Shown: positions 51,811 to 64,000 of the stretch, piece after piece
Layout: the number at the start of each line of letters is the position of its first letter
How positions within the stretch are numbered: position 1 is the stretch's first letter
Origin: the human T2T-CHM13v2.0 reference genome, Homo sapiens
Assembly (NCBI RefSeq): GCF_009914755.1
Contig: NC_060925.1
DNA: 64,000 bases
Direction: 5' to 3' (one strand)
Notes under the pieces: model-generated
The model's database searches: none
Told to the model about the DNA's origin: nothing
The model's input: only the letters and a program-made list of their open reading frames with translations
Position numbers and translations under genes: made by a program

Positions 51811-52728
51811 TTCTCACAACTACTTTATGAGATAGGTGGGCTATTAAATCCATTTTACAGATGAGAAGAATGAGGCATGGAGAGTTGAAGTGACTTACCT
51901 AAGGTATACAGCGAGTAAGCGTTAGACTAGGATAGGAACTCTAGCAGGCAACCTTCATGCTCCTGTTAGAACACACTGCCTTTGCACAAAAGAACAAGAA
52001 GATTTGGGGGATGGCAGGGCAAGAAGGCAGGGTAGCCAAAGAACTTTTAAGAAGAGGAATATCTGCTGTGCCATTTAAAATAGCTCATGTTGCTGCATAG
52101 AAATCTCCTTCATTTCCATGTGTGAATGGTTATTTTGTGGAAAGCAAGGAAAGAGGGCCAAGTTCTTTCATGTTTGGGTTAAAGCCAGAGTGAAAATAAA
52201 GAACAGCCACAAGCAATAGGGCAGGGATCAAGAACTCAGCTGGGGCAGAAAGCTGGAGCCAGAGCTAATAAGATCATATAGATCCCTTAATAATTCACAG
52301 AAATATGGGAGAGGGCTGTAGCTTTCCACAGTCCAGACAGTTCAAACAAACCTTATCTGGATCTGAAGGGCCTGGGAGAGCCTCAGCTGGGTTTCATTTA
52401 TAAAGTACTTTAGCACAAGTATGGTCATCCCCTCCCCAGTTCACCCCCACCCCGAAGTTCTTAGCCTTGTATCCAAATGAACATGTGGGCACTAAAGCCT
52501 GCTCTTTCCTCCTTCTATCTTTGTATTAACACTAAACAAACTGGCCTTTGTTTCTGGCCTTGAAGAGACAGTAAAATCAACATCATTCTCCAAAATATCC
52601 CTCAAAGATGGGCCTATAAGAATTCAGAGAGTTTAGAGAATCGCTGCTTAGAAGCTTTCTCCCCTCAAACTCATCCCAGGAATCTTCTCCCTTTTACTCC
52701 CACTCCCACCCTCAACACACCCCCCACC

Positions 52729-52748
52729 CACACACACACACACACACA
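52729..52748 (+). repeat. (CA)10 microsatellite
   Basis: direct read. Confidence 0.85.
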
Positions 52749-55554
52749 AACTTCCCAATTCACTGCTAGACTGCTTGATGGTTCTCTCTGGTGAGAGAAG
52801 CCAGGGTAACAAGGAGGAGGGAATGAGTCTGCAAATCAGGTATATTTTTGAATTTCAATTCTGTATCCCCAGCATCTGTCTGCTGTTTTATCAAGAGGAC
52901 CAGAGATCGTTTAGGAATGATGGACAGTCCTCTGAGGAAGCAATGCCAGAAGCATGATGAGCAGAAATGCTGAACAAGATGCTGGCTGGAGGGGAAATCA
53001 ATCTCCCAGGCCGATTAGTTTGGGTGGGAGCCAACAGAGGCTGAAACTTGTTACAGCTACAGTCATCTTTCTTGCTACTTTTTTTTTTCTTCTAGATCCT
53101 GGAGTAAAATCAGATTAGCCTTAGCGCTCAAGGTAGCTAACTGGTCTGCACATGCCATGGCAATGTCTCAAAACAGATGACTATTATTAAAAAATTATGG
53201 AGAGATGACATGATGCATCTCTCCATTTGGTCTGTAAGATACTTAAGGACAGGGGCTATGACCTTTCTTCTATGATTTATGGAGTAACTAGCACAATGCT
53301 GGGCCCAAAAGGTCACTAAACAACTTGCTGAAGGGAATAGGCTTAAAGTAGACACGAAAGGAACTTTCTTTTTTTAAAAAATAAAACAAAGAGACTTTGT
53401 CTAATCTCCCAGCTAAGAAATGAAAGCCAGATGAGTCCAATTCATTATGATGCATAGAGAATAAGATGGATAATTATAAACAGAGAAGCCCACAGAGAAG
53501 TTTGGAGAAGGGGGTTGCTATTCAATGTTAAAAACATGATTCTCATACAGATATAGTCGAAGATTGATCTAACTTATTAGTGAGGGAACCAGTAGGAAGA
53601 CAAATCCAAATCAAAGGAGAATACAAGAGGCTGTTTTCTATGATCATTGAAAGTAAGGATGTAGAAGTGGGTTTGCAAAGCTAGGCAAAACTGTTTAATG
53701 TCCTACACAGCAGCAAGATCAGACCCTTTGGGGTTATGTTTTCTATTTGACAGAATTCTTTTGCCTTTCTACTGAACAAGAGTCATTTGCAATGTAGCTA
53801 TCTTTTCAAGTTAACATCTGATTTTACAGAGTCTGGCCCCTAATCATGAGTAATTGGAACCAGAGAAATGCTCTCTCTCTTTTTAAAAAAATCCTGGGCT
53901 GGTATAGCAGGTGACAGTAGCAGTTAGAAGTGTTAATCCTCTTATCTGCCTCTGTGAGTTTAGATGGAAAAGTCAGGGAAGGAAAAGTAGGCAGAGTATG
54001 CAATGTGCCTAGCATCACTCTTGGTAAGCTACCACTTGCCTATAAATAAAAACCACAATGCATGATCACCCATAAACCCAGAAAATGGTTTTCAGAGTGA
54101 TCTAATCCAACCTGCAATCCCTGGCTTCTTTTCCTCCCCTGACATTTCCATCCACATTCTTTAGGTGGAAGGTAGAAATAACCACCTATCTGAAGTGAAT
54201 AGACTTACCTCTCCTTGTCTGACAGCTTAAGTCCTAGACTTATGAGCGAGTCTTTCCTATTAGGAAGAGAATTAAATCATTGTTAAACAAGTGTTTGTTT
54301 TCTTTTGCTTTTTCCTTCACAGGCCAGAAGCCATTTCTCTGGATCCCACTCAAGTTTAGGTGGTTGTGCCAATAGCATCAACTGCATGGGCTGTATTTAT
54401 AGACAAGTGGTATCTGACAGTAAGGGAATTGCTTGTTGAATGACTTGGAGGATCTCCCTGCCCTATTGAACCAGGATTAATAAACTCAGCGATGGAGCTT
54501 TGGAGGCTTTGCTGTCCACCTCAGGGGATATGGCTTGGGAAGAACTCAAATTCACCTCTATGATATTCTAACACTGGCAGAGGCAAATGAGAGGATTAAC
54601 ACTTGTAACTGTTACTGTCACTTGCTGTACTAGCCTAGGATTTTTAAAAAAGAGAGTATTTATCTGGTTCAGCCCCATTTGCTGCTATGAACCCTCCCAG
54701 CCCCTGCCTTTTCTTCCCTGCTGGTTCTAGGGCACCCCAAGGAGCACTCCACATGGGCACATAGCACAATCCTCTGGTACGTAACACCAGTAACCATCAT
54801 TTCTCTCTAGTTCTGCCCTGAATTCCTGTGCTGAGTTTCATTCCAGAGATCACATACTCCTGTGCAGCTACCTGGACACCACCAGAGCACAGACACCACC
54901 ATTCATGCCAAAGCCACTGGCACCAGGGCCACAAGTGCCCTGTGCTGTCTGATGCCCTCCATGCCCCTGCTAGGGTCTGTGGAATGACTCACTTAATTCT
55001 CTCCTTATGGCAGCCCTTTCTGCCTAGGAGTCAGGCAGGTGCCCTTAGCACCATCTGGGTTTCTCTGCTCCTCTCTCATGGACCCAGATTTGTGCAGCTC
55101 TACCCTTTGCTCCTTCAGGTGAACTCTCCTGGGGGACTCATGAGAAAGGCCCCTTAGGGGGCCCCATGGCCCATTTGGCCATGATTCTCCAAATATGCTC
55201 AGGGGTGTCTGGATCCAAAGTAAATAAAGTTGAGGTTCAAGTTGAGACACTGTCACCCTTTAAAATGGACATAGATGGGACAATAGAACATCACCCACCA
55301 GCTCTGAAAGGAAGTTCACAGATATTTCCTTAGCTAAGCACAGAAACATGGGGACACTTTCCTAGCCCCCTCTGAATCACATCTTCAACGTGAACATTTG
55401 TCATTCCAGGGAAGAAACAGGAATATTCAAAAAGAGAAACTGGAAAGTGAGACCTAGAGTATAGTCTCAGTTGTACCATTAATGAGTCTGAGAAAGTCAT
55501 TTCCTCTCCCTGGCCTCAATTTCCTTTTATGTCAAATGAGAGTAGTACTCTAAA

Positions 55555-55764
55555 CTGGGGGTCAGCAAACTTTCTGAGTAAAAGGCCAGATAGTAAATGC
55601 GTAGGCTCTATTAGTAATACAGTTTCTGTCACAACTACTCAATTCTGCAGTTGTAGTACAAAAGCAGCCATAGGCAATGTGTGGCCGTGTTCCAATAAAA
55701 CTTTATTTACAAAAACAGGCAGTGGGCTGGGTTTGACCCACAGGCCATATTTTGCCAACCCTAG
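55555..55764. mobile_element. MER58A (hAT-Charlie)
   Basis: ggggtcagcaaactttct...ggccagatagtaaat...caactactcaa...gttccaataaaactttatttacaaaaacaggc...tttgccaaccc. Confidence 0.85.
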
Positions 55765-57806
55765 GTGTAGATGATCTTCAGCATCTTTTTAAATAACAAT
55801 AATTCCTTTAGGTGAGAAGTGGATTTTTTGATACTACACATACAATTCATTTAAATGTAAGACCCCCAATATAATAACTCCAACCATTTTTTTGTTGCTT
55901 TGGATAACATGTTTTCTTCTCTCCTTCAGTGATAAATCAAACCTCAACAGAATTTATTTAGAGGCTAGAATAACAGGTCAGGTGATGCTCTCACTGAGGA
56001 ATTTGACAATATACATGACTAATCCTAGACCTCAAAGTGTTCACAATGTAATGAAAGAGACATACACATAAAGGCATAATTATAAAGCATTACAGTAATT
56101 GCTATAATCATGCTATTATCCATTATCAAGACTTAAGTTCTACTACATCCAAATTTGAGATGCTAGAGCAGACCAAGTTCAAGGACATTGCAATATAATA
56201 CATGTAGGATATGCAGAAAATTGGTGGGCCATCTGAAATGCATTCTTGTGAAAATTGAGGGTGTGAGTTTTCAGGGAAGTCTTGACTCAGAATAGGACTG
56301 GTCCACAGAGCAAGGCTGTGTCAGATTACACTTGAGACCTAAAGAGTGGCCATCTGTGATAAAAGTCAGACCTTTGTTCAACTACAAAGAAGTAAGGCGT
56401 AGTTATGATACAGAACATGTGAAGAGAACTTTTTGTTCTGGAAGGTGGCACATGACATTCCATTTGAATGAGAAACATCAGAGAGAGGCGTGCTTTCACT
56501 CTCACAAGGCACGATCCCCAGCTGCACAAAGCTTTGTATTTCTTGTTATATTTCCTTTTTCAGGGAGATGAGGGGCTGGTGGTAGAGATGCATGGACCAC
56601 AGCAAGTTATTGTGCCATGATTTTGTCTTTGACGTACTTATTTCTGAAATTCATTATGACTTGAAATATCCTTTTCATAAAGACTGCAATAAAGTCCTTT
56701 GACAATATGGCTAGATGGATCAAAGGGCTTATCTCTGTTGAATCTTGAGTAGCCACCCAGATATCACTGGAGAAGCAACAATGCAGGTAATTCAAAACAC
56801 CCTCAACTCACATTTAGTTGACTTTGGGATGTAGCACAGTTTTGCAGGAATATATTTATATTTCTTATATTTCATAACCTAATAGAAGCTTAAATAGTTA
56901 CCTCAGCCTTCATTGCACAGATAATGAAAGAGAAGCTTAAAGAAGAGAAATTAAGTACTTGCCCAAGGTCACATAGTTAGTTAATGGAAGAACCAAAACT
57001 AGAACCTAGATCTTCTGATGCCACATTTCAAGCTCCATGAACCACTGGTAAGAACTACCTTTTATGCTGGTACACAGTGTGTGTACAAGATTACACCTAT
57101 AATGATAAAACTGGTGGTTTTTATTCTGTCCTTTTCTATTTGATTATTTCCTTTTTAATAGTGCTGGTCATGGTCCACAAACTGACTACGAGGTCTCAGC
57201 TAGCATCTGTAAACACTGCTGTGGATCACAGAATTGCTTATATGCCATCCTAACCATATACCAAATGATGCTTTCATACAACAGTGAAAAAATATTTCCC
57301 TTGGAAAGATTACATTTCTACTGTCACTTTTTGTAAGTGAGTATAAAGAATTTGTGACTATTTGGTTTTCTTAGGGAAAAAAGATTAAATATGCATAAAG
57401 GGAGCCACAAATCTGTCAAGTATTTTCAGACTGCATTCAAAAACTCACCGTTTCCATGAACTCTTTCCACACTAGACTCATTGAGCTCTCTGATCTTCTC
57501 AACACTGATGTACCTTTTTGCAAAACATTTAGTCACTGATCCTAAACTTCAACTTTATCCCCCTTTTTCTAGAAAAATTAAGAAAAATTGCACTCACACA
57601 CAAAAAATTCCATTGGCATCAGGGGACTCTTACCTGCTTATTCCCAAATCTGGGAGGTGTGGTGGAAGGCTCACATGTATGATACAGAAAGACAGGCATC
57701 CATACATGTCAAATACTATATATCTGAGAGCTGAAAATATGATGGGAATGCAACAAAAAGTCAAAATCAAGTGGTCCAGGATGGAAATTTGGCTTAAAAA
57801 AAATCA

Positions 57807-58112
57807 GTCTGGGTACAGTGGCTCATACCAATGATCCCAGCACTTTGGGAGGCGGGCGGATTGCTTGAGCTTAGGAGTTCAAGACCAGCCTGGGCAACAT
57901 GGTGATACCCTGTCTCTACCCAAAATACAAAAATTAGTTGAGCATGGTGGCGTGTACCTGTAGTCCCAGCTACTTGGGAGGGGCTGAGGCAAGAGGATCA
58001 CTTGAGCCTGAGAAGTCAAGGCTGCAGTGAGCCATGATCACACCACAGCGCTCCAGCCTGGGTGACAAAGCAAGACCCTGTCTCATTAAAAAAAAAAAAA
58101 AAAAAAAAAAAA
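57807..58112 (+). mobile_element. Alu (AluJ-like)
   Basis: J-type Alu with A tail; AAAAAAATCAG TSD. Confidence 0.92.
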
Positions 58113-58539
58113 TCAGATTTCTAATGCAATTTTAGAAACTTTGCAGCCTGTGGATACCACAGACTCAACTGGATTCAACCATGCATTAGTCCTCCTCCCC
58201 AAACATCCTTCAGAGTTACACATTTCCAGCAAGTAATGCTTTGAAATTCATTTTGTTTTCTTAACCACCAGGCCTGCAGGAGATCAAGGCTAAGGGCAAG
58301 GAGCGGAAGGGAGACACACAAGATGCTCAAGTCTTTAAAAATCCCCATTGGGAGAATCACGCTACAAATGGACAAATCACATCCTGAAACGGTGGACTCT
58401 CTGAAGACCTTACAAAACAGCCTTCAGGCCTGATCTGTCTCCTTTCCCAGCTTGAACTGTGTTTTCCTAAAGTGGTTTCACTTTCCTCCTTCTCCAAAAG
58501 GTGGCATCAGAAAGGAGGGAGCAGGAAGGCACAGGCCAA

Positions 58540-59060
58540 ACGCTCATCTCAATGGCTGCCTCAGCCATGCTCTGACAAGTGAGCTGATGGGAAAATTGCT
58601 CCTAATTAAATCACTTCATTAAAAAGAGACCATTTTCCAAGCGAATGCACTCCGCAGTTCTCGTGGTGGGTAATTTGTTGTGTTAATAAGCTGGAGAGGT
58701 TGAATTCCAAGGTTGCAGCCGCTGACAGCCTGCAGAAATAGGGACCATATTTTGGCAATGCCCTTGCCCTGTCGAGGGTACCGAGGAAAGCTGACAAATG
58801 GCAGTTCCTTATAATAGTTTTGCTCACTGGAGACCTGAGGGGCTGAGAATGATGTTTTCTAGTCTGTAGGTTTAGGATGCCAACAAGATAAAACAAATAC
58901 CCAGAAAAAGGCGCTGTGTCTTTTGTTCGCTGAAAAATAAACAGGGGAGGACTTCCCTTTTGTAGATCCCACTGTGATAGAGGAAGAGGGTGCTTCTTCA
59001 GCTGTATTTGAACCGAAGCATGGAAAATTGCCATCTGCATTCAACTCTGTGGTTTTAGGG
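58540..59060. promoter_or_regulatory. Candidate distal enhancer / conserved non-coding element
   Basis: no recognisable repeat, ~10 CpGs, TAATTAAATCA, several TGACA and FOX-like motifs. Confidence 0.4.
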
Positions 59061-60282
59061 CAGCTGGATAGGCAGTGCTGCACAGTCTGAGGCTGTGGAC
59101 GTTGAAGTTAGACCAAGTGTCAGTTCCAATCCTAATACTTACCAGCTGTGACACCTTGAACATGCATGGTAATCTCTCTAAGCCTCATTTTCCTCATCTG
59201 TCAAGACAGTCATAATACCTACCTCTTGGGATGGTGGTAAAGAGTAAAGAAGGTAATATTTGTAGAGTGCATAGTGTCTGGCAATAGGAAATACTTATTA
59301 AATGGTAGCAAAAGTTTTTTCCTCCACTTTACAGATGAGGAAATGGAGGATTACAGTGATTAAGTAGCTTAACCAAGGTCATAAAACCCTGAGTGGGAGG
59401 GTCCGGACTGCGTTTGGCTCTAAATCCAGGCACCATGATTTCACTGTTGGTACAGATGGAAGCAAGCACTTAAATGCATATGATCTTATTGGCTGTGAAC
59501 TGAGCAGGACCTCTGATATTTCCATCTAGAGCAGGCCAATCACATAGTGCACAGATTATATTCCCTGATAGATATCTTGGCAAAAATGGTCCCAATCCCT
59601 TTGGTTCTTGGGCTGATCTTGTTTGAGGATTCTGTTGCTCAGAGCCCCTGAGCCCGTTTCTCTCTAGCTTCTAAAGAACATTTGGTCTTCTTGGTTCCCT
59701 GTAGCCAGTCTGCTGCTTCACTTTTCTTCTTTAGCAGCTCAGAAAGATTTCTTCCCTTATTTCCTGAAACCCCAAGGAAAACTGGTGGTCCTGGCTCTTG
59801 CCTTCTGACCTCCACTTCTTTGTCAAGTTTCCACTTTAGTTTGGCTTCTGTGGAAAATTCCACTGTGGACTTCTATGGATGAATGCACTCTCTAATTATA
59901 TTGAATCTACAGAGATCCATTTTCATAACCCTAACAGGGTTAGTCCCTGAGTTCCTGTGACTGTTAGATGATCATGGACCCAGTGGATCCATTCTGCTGG
60001 GTACAAGGGGCCCTCAGGGAGGCTCACTGACGGTGGCCAGTCAACCGTCATGAGTCATTGCTATTGTGCTAGAAAAACAGAAATTTATGGCTTTGATCAA
60101 TATCTTTCCTTAGGGCTCAACATCTCTTGGCTCTATTCTGTTGTTGGCACTCTGAAACAGCAGCAGTTAAAAAAATTTTTTTTTCTACTGCAAATAAATT
60201 CTTTTTTGCTACAGTTTCTCTGAGGGCTCTCACTGCAAAAGAAACCAGGAACTGTACCATAATTTGGGTTGTGTTTAGTTCT

Positions 60283-60405
60283 CTTTCCCTCTCTTGGATT
60301 TCCTTCCTGCCTCCTTCCTTCCTCCTTCCTTTCTTCTCTTTTTCCTTCCTGTCTTTTCTTTCCCCTCAGTACCCTTGCTTTCCTACCCTCTCCCTTCTCC
60401 TATCC
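60283..60405 (+). repeat. CT-rich low-complexity polypyrimidine tract
   Basis: direct read. Confidence 0.75.
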
Positions 60406-60884
60406 ACTCTGTGTTTCCACATTCTTTTCAATTCAATAAATATTGATTAGGTACTCAATTGATTGTACTAGGTAACTCAGTACTCCCAAAATGAGATGGT
60501 CTCTGTTCTTAAGGAACTCATGCTTATAACTTAGTAGAAATCTTTCCTATATTGCCTTTTCCCCCCAATTTATAGTGAAGGCTGAAAATCTAGATACTAT
60601 TTAGGGTTAGTAAATATTCTCTTATAAAAAGTCAAAAACTTCTTGAGGAGTCTCACTTAGTCATTCACACATTAGTATGATTTAATTTAATAAGATTGCT
60701 TTCCCTCTCATACCTAGTTAAACAGCTTGCCTTGTAAGAATAAAGATTCTGATTGGGGAAGGAGAAGTAGGAAATTTGGAACTATAAAACAATTTTTGGA
60801 AGTTGGCAGCCTCAGGGAAAGCCCTTGGAAGAGGATAAGAACACTGTTCATTAAGATAGAGATTCTTGTTTTAAAACGAAATCA

Positions 60885-61212
<328 letters not shown>

Positions 61213-62229
61213 AAAATGAAATCAATAAAAAAAATATAGATATTCTTTTTACCCAAGGCTTGTCAAACACCTCTGTGACCTATAGTTTTAATTTGAACCA
61301 AGGCTGAGTGAGAGAATTTGGAGGGATTGTGATTTTAATTTCTCCAGTTGTAAGAATCTTTGACTCTACTCTCAGCAGCAAGAGGTGGAACTTTTTTACT
61401 GTCTTCTCCACTAGACTGTAAGCTCCATTAGGTTAAGATATGATCTGTCTTGTTCATAATTGTGTGCTCACTGCCTAGAACTATGCCTGGTATACATGTA
61501 GTAGGTGCTCAAGAGATACTTGATGAATAAATGAATGAATGAAAAAAGTGACAGTTGGATACAAACTGCTAAAGGGTGTAAACGAGGTGGAAATTGCATC
61601 AGGTTGAAGAACACTTTCTACACCCTGGTTTAGAAAGAGCTTCATGGAGAATAGTTTTCAACGCAGAGCTAGTGGACTGTTTGCCTGGACCTCAAGGACA
61701 ACAGAGGAAGAAAATAACTGCTGAGAACCAGTAGGGAACATTACCCAGTTGGAGTAATAACACTTCCAAAAAGTGAACACTTTAACAATGAACTATTTCT
61801 TGAGCATAATGGAATGTACAATCAGATTGTGTGCATATTCTGATTGTACAGAATATGCCTGGTGGGATGATTTTACTTCTCTTCTGAGCAATCTGGGAAT
61901 TGTCAGGAAAATGGAGATAGCTTCAGGCTAAGAAGGGATTGCCCAGGGAACTGCCTGGTGTTTCTGCAGAATCACTGCATGCTCCACAGGGCAGAGCCTC
62001 TCATTGAAGGCTCTGGGTGCTTTGTATCTCAAGAGTTGTCACCCCTTAAACCCAGGAACCCTCTCCAAATTTGTTCTACAGGGTTGTTCCTATCTGGAGT
62101 GACAAGTGACTACGCAGTCTGTTTGCAGGGAAGACTTTCCAACCCAGTGTGGCGTGGGTGTGGGGATGATTCTGCCCCAAGGCAGGGAGGAGAGAAAATG
62201 TCCTTCAGTGAGACCCTTCAGCCTGAGAA

Positions 62230-62780
62230 TCCATAATTACCGTGTAGACTGGCTGCATAATATGACCTATTCTCCAGCTCCCTGAGTGATGGCAGGTGTG
62301 GTTAACTCGACAGTCTTCCTCCTGTGCCGTACATCTTCTCCTTTCCCCAATTACACCGACAGATTATTCCTTCCTGGTGTCCTTTTTTTTCCCTTTGTCT
62401 CAGAAATAACGAGGTGTCATGAGTCTGCCATACATCACCCTATCGGCAGCGAGTGGTGACTTCTGATTAGTGGAATACCATGGGAGCAGAGGGAGGGAGC
62501 GTGGCAGCACCGGCTGCTCTACCTGGCAGCCCTGTCGCGCCTCAGAGACTGGCGTTTTGTCTGTGTCAACAAGAATCCGCCTGGATATTACTCATGTAGC
62601 CGGACATAATGAATTCAGCTGTTTGCTAGTGCAGCAAATAGGTTTTTTTGCCAGTGATATTAGGATCAAGCTGAGTAATAGGATGTGTCCATACCAGAGT
62701 AATGTCCATTTATTAGCTTCTGTGAGAACACACACACATTAAGAAAAATCACATTTCGCGTGGCTCTGTAGCTGAGGGAA
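62230..62780. promoter_or_regulatory. Candidate distal enhancer / conserved non-coding element
   Basis: no recognisable repeat, ~14 CpGs in 62240-62602, homeodomain, T-box and E-box motifs. Confidence 0.5.
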
Positions 62781-63496
62781 TTGCATGTTAAAAATTTCCA
62801 CTCAAGCAACCTCAAGCTAAGGATTTGTATTCCAAAGAACTGGACCTATTTCACCAAAAGTATTTACTTTCGAAGTAGAAAAATCTTACAAGCTTAATGA
62901 GCACAAATGACTCTGCCTTATGTAAAAATCCCTCTGGGAAAGTTAACCTTAGTGGAGGAGAAAAGCTGGAGGTCTACAGAGAGGGCAACCCAGGGGAAAT
63001 GGCTGACACATGCTGTCTTTCAACATAACGTCAATTGGCTTTTTTTAATGGCAACATAAGATTGACTTTAATTGCCTAGGAGGTTACGCTGGGAACAAGA
63101 ACAGGCTTCTAAGTCATCAGGAGAAGCAGCTGTCTACTTGATTTCAGGGGCTGGGGGCATATTCCCTTAGTCCTCCTTAGAAACCTCTCATCAGCTCAAC
63201 CTCTCATCAAATGGTGGGACTAAACTCCCACCATTTCAGATTCATCCCTTGGCTTGAGATTTGCCTTTGCCCAGTGAAAGATGTCACTAGGAAGTGCCAA
63301 ACGTGAAGCCTCTTAGAATTGTACAGTGCCAGCCCCCAGAGACTTAGTAGTTTGGAACTCTTTCTTATGAATGAGTTTTGATGGGAGAGAAGGTGAAAAT
63401 TGGAGGGCTCTGGGATCTGGTGGAGGAGAAAGAGAATATAGACAAAGTAGAGAGGGGGTGACTAGTAGTTCCAAAAAGGTAGGAAAAAGTGGATTT

Positions 63497-63592
63497 GGCA
63501 TGCCTGTAGTCCCAGCTACTTAGGAGGGTGAGGTAAGAGAGTTGCTTGAGCCCAGGAGTTCATGGCCAGCCTGGTCAACATAGTGAGACAGA
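63497..63592 (+). mobile_element. FLAM/Alu monomer fragment
   Basis: gcctgtagtcccagctact...ttgagcccaggagttc...cagcctggtcaacatagtgagac. Confidence 0.75.
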
Positions 63593-63595
63593 CAG

Positions 63596-63657
63596 ACGGA
63601 AGGAAGAAAGGGAGGGAGGGAGGGAGGAAGGGAGGGAGGAAGGAAAGAGAGAAAGAG
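63596..63657 (+). repeat. (GGAG/GGAA)n purine tract
   Basis: direct read. Confidence 0.85.
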
Positions 63658-64000
63658 TCGAGACCAGAAACAGAGACCTAAAATTTTGCCTATTTCACAG
63701 TCTTGCAAAGGAAAACGTAATAAATAACAGTCCCGATCTTTGTCACTTGGAAGTTTACAAATGTAGAATGCCTTCTAAGGCACATCCCATGCAGCCTAGA
63801 CAACCGCTTTCCACGAAGCCAAAGGGACAGTGGAAATGTCTTAGTGGTATGCCTTCTTCTAGCTGGAAAGGAAAAGGCAGACATGAAGGTGAATATTCTG
63901 AGGTGAGGCAAACCCACCTCCTGTTTTCCCACACAGAGGGCCCCACGCAGTCATAGCAGTGGAGGTGTTGGGTGATGCTCTGCTCCTCCATGGGTCTGTC

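Noticed and set aside
58606-59040. 144-aa minus-strand ORF
   Set aside because: No recognisable domain or splice context; better explained as non-coding regulatory sequence

Overview
Primate, almost certainly human, genomic DNA. The window holds the complete 12-exon UTP25 gene (DIEXF/DEF/C1orf107) on the + strand. Reading the GT-AG junctions by hand gives ATG 10835 to TGA 34220: 2271 nt, 756 aa. The gene has a CpG-rich promoter (~10560-11160) and a long, alternatively polyadenylated 3' UTR (signals at 34964 and ~40315-40540). From recalled synteny (1q32.2, not provable from this sequence), IRF6 lies just beyond the left edge and SYT14 beyond the right. The rest is intergenic and repeat-rich: 19 Alus plus a FLAM, a solo LTR12 nested in an Alu, MER11, MER50, MLT1/MLT2, L1/L2/MIR and hAT/Tigger fossils. 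Nearly all ORF-track ORFs outside UTP25 exons are repeat-derived or chance. I found no new protein-coding system. The best leads are: an antisense LTR12 promoter ~300 bp past the distal poly(A) signal; a ~30-bp pre-miRNA-like hairpin in intron 11; two tailless Alus; a probable mRNA-3'-end retrocopy; same-orientation CTCF motifs bracketing the gene; and two CpG-retaining, repeat-free enhancer-like blocks near 58.5 and 62.3 kb. Repeat family names come from recognition of consensus sequence, not a RepeatMasker run.
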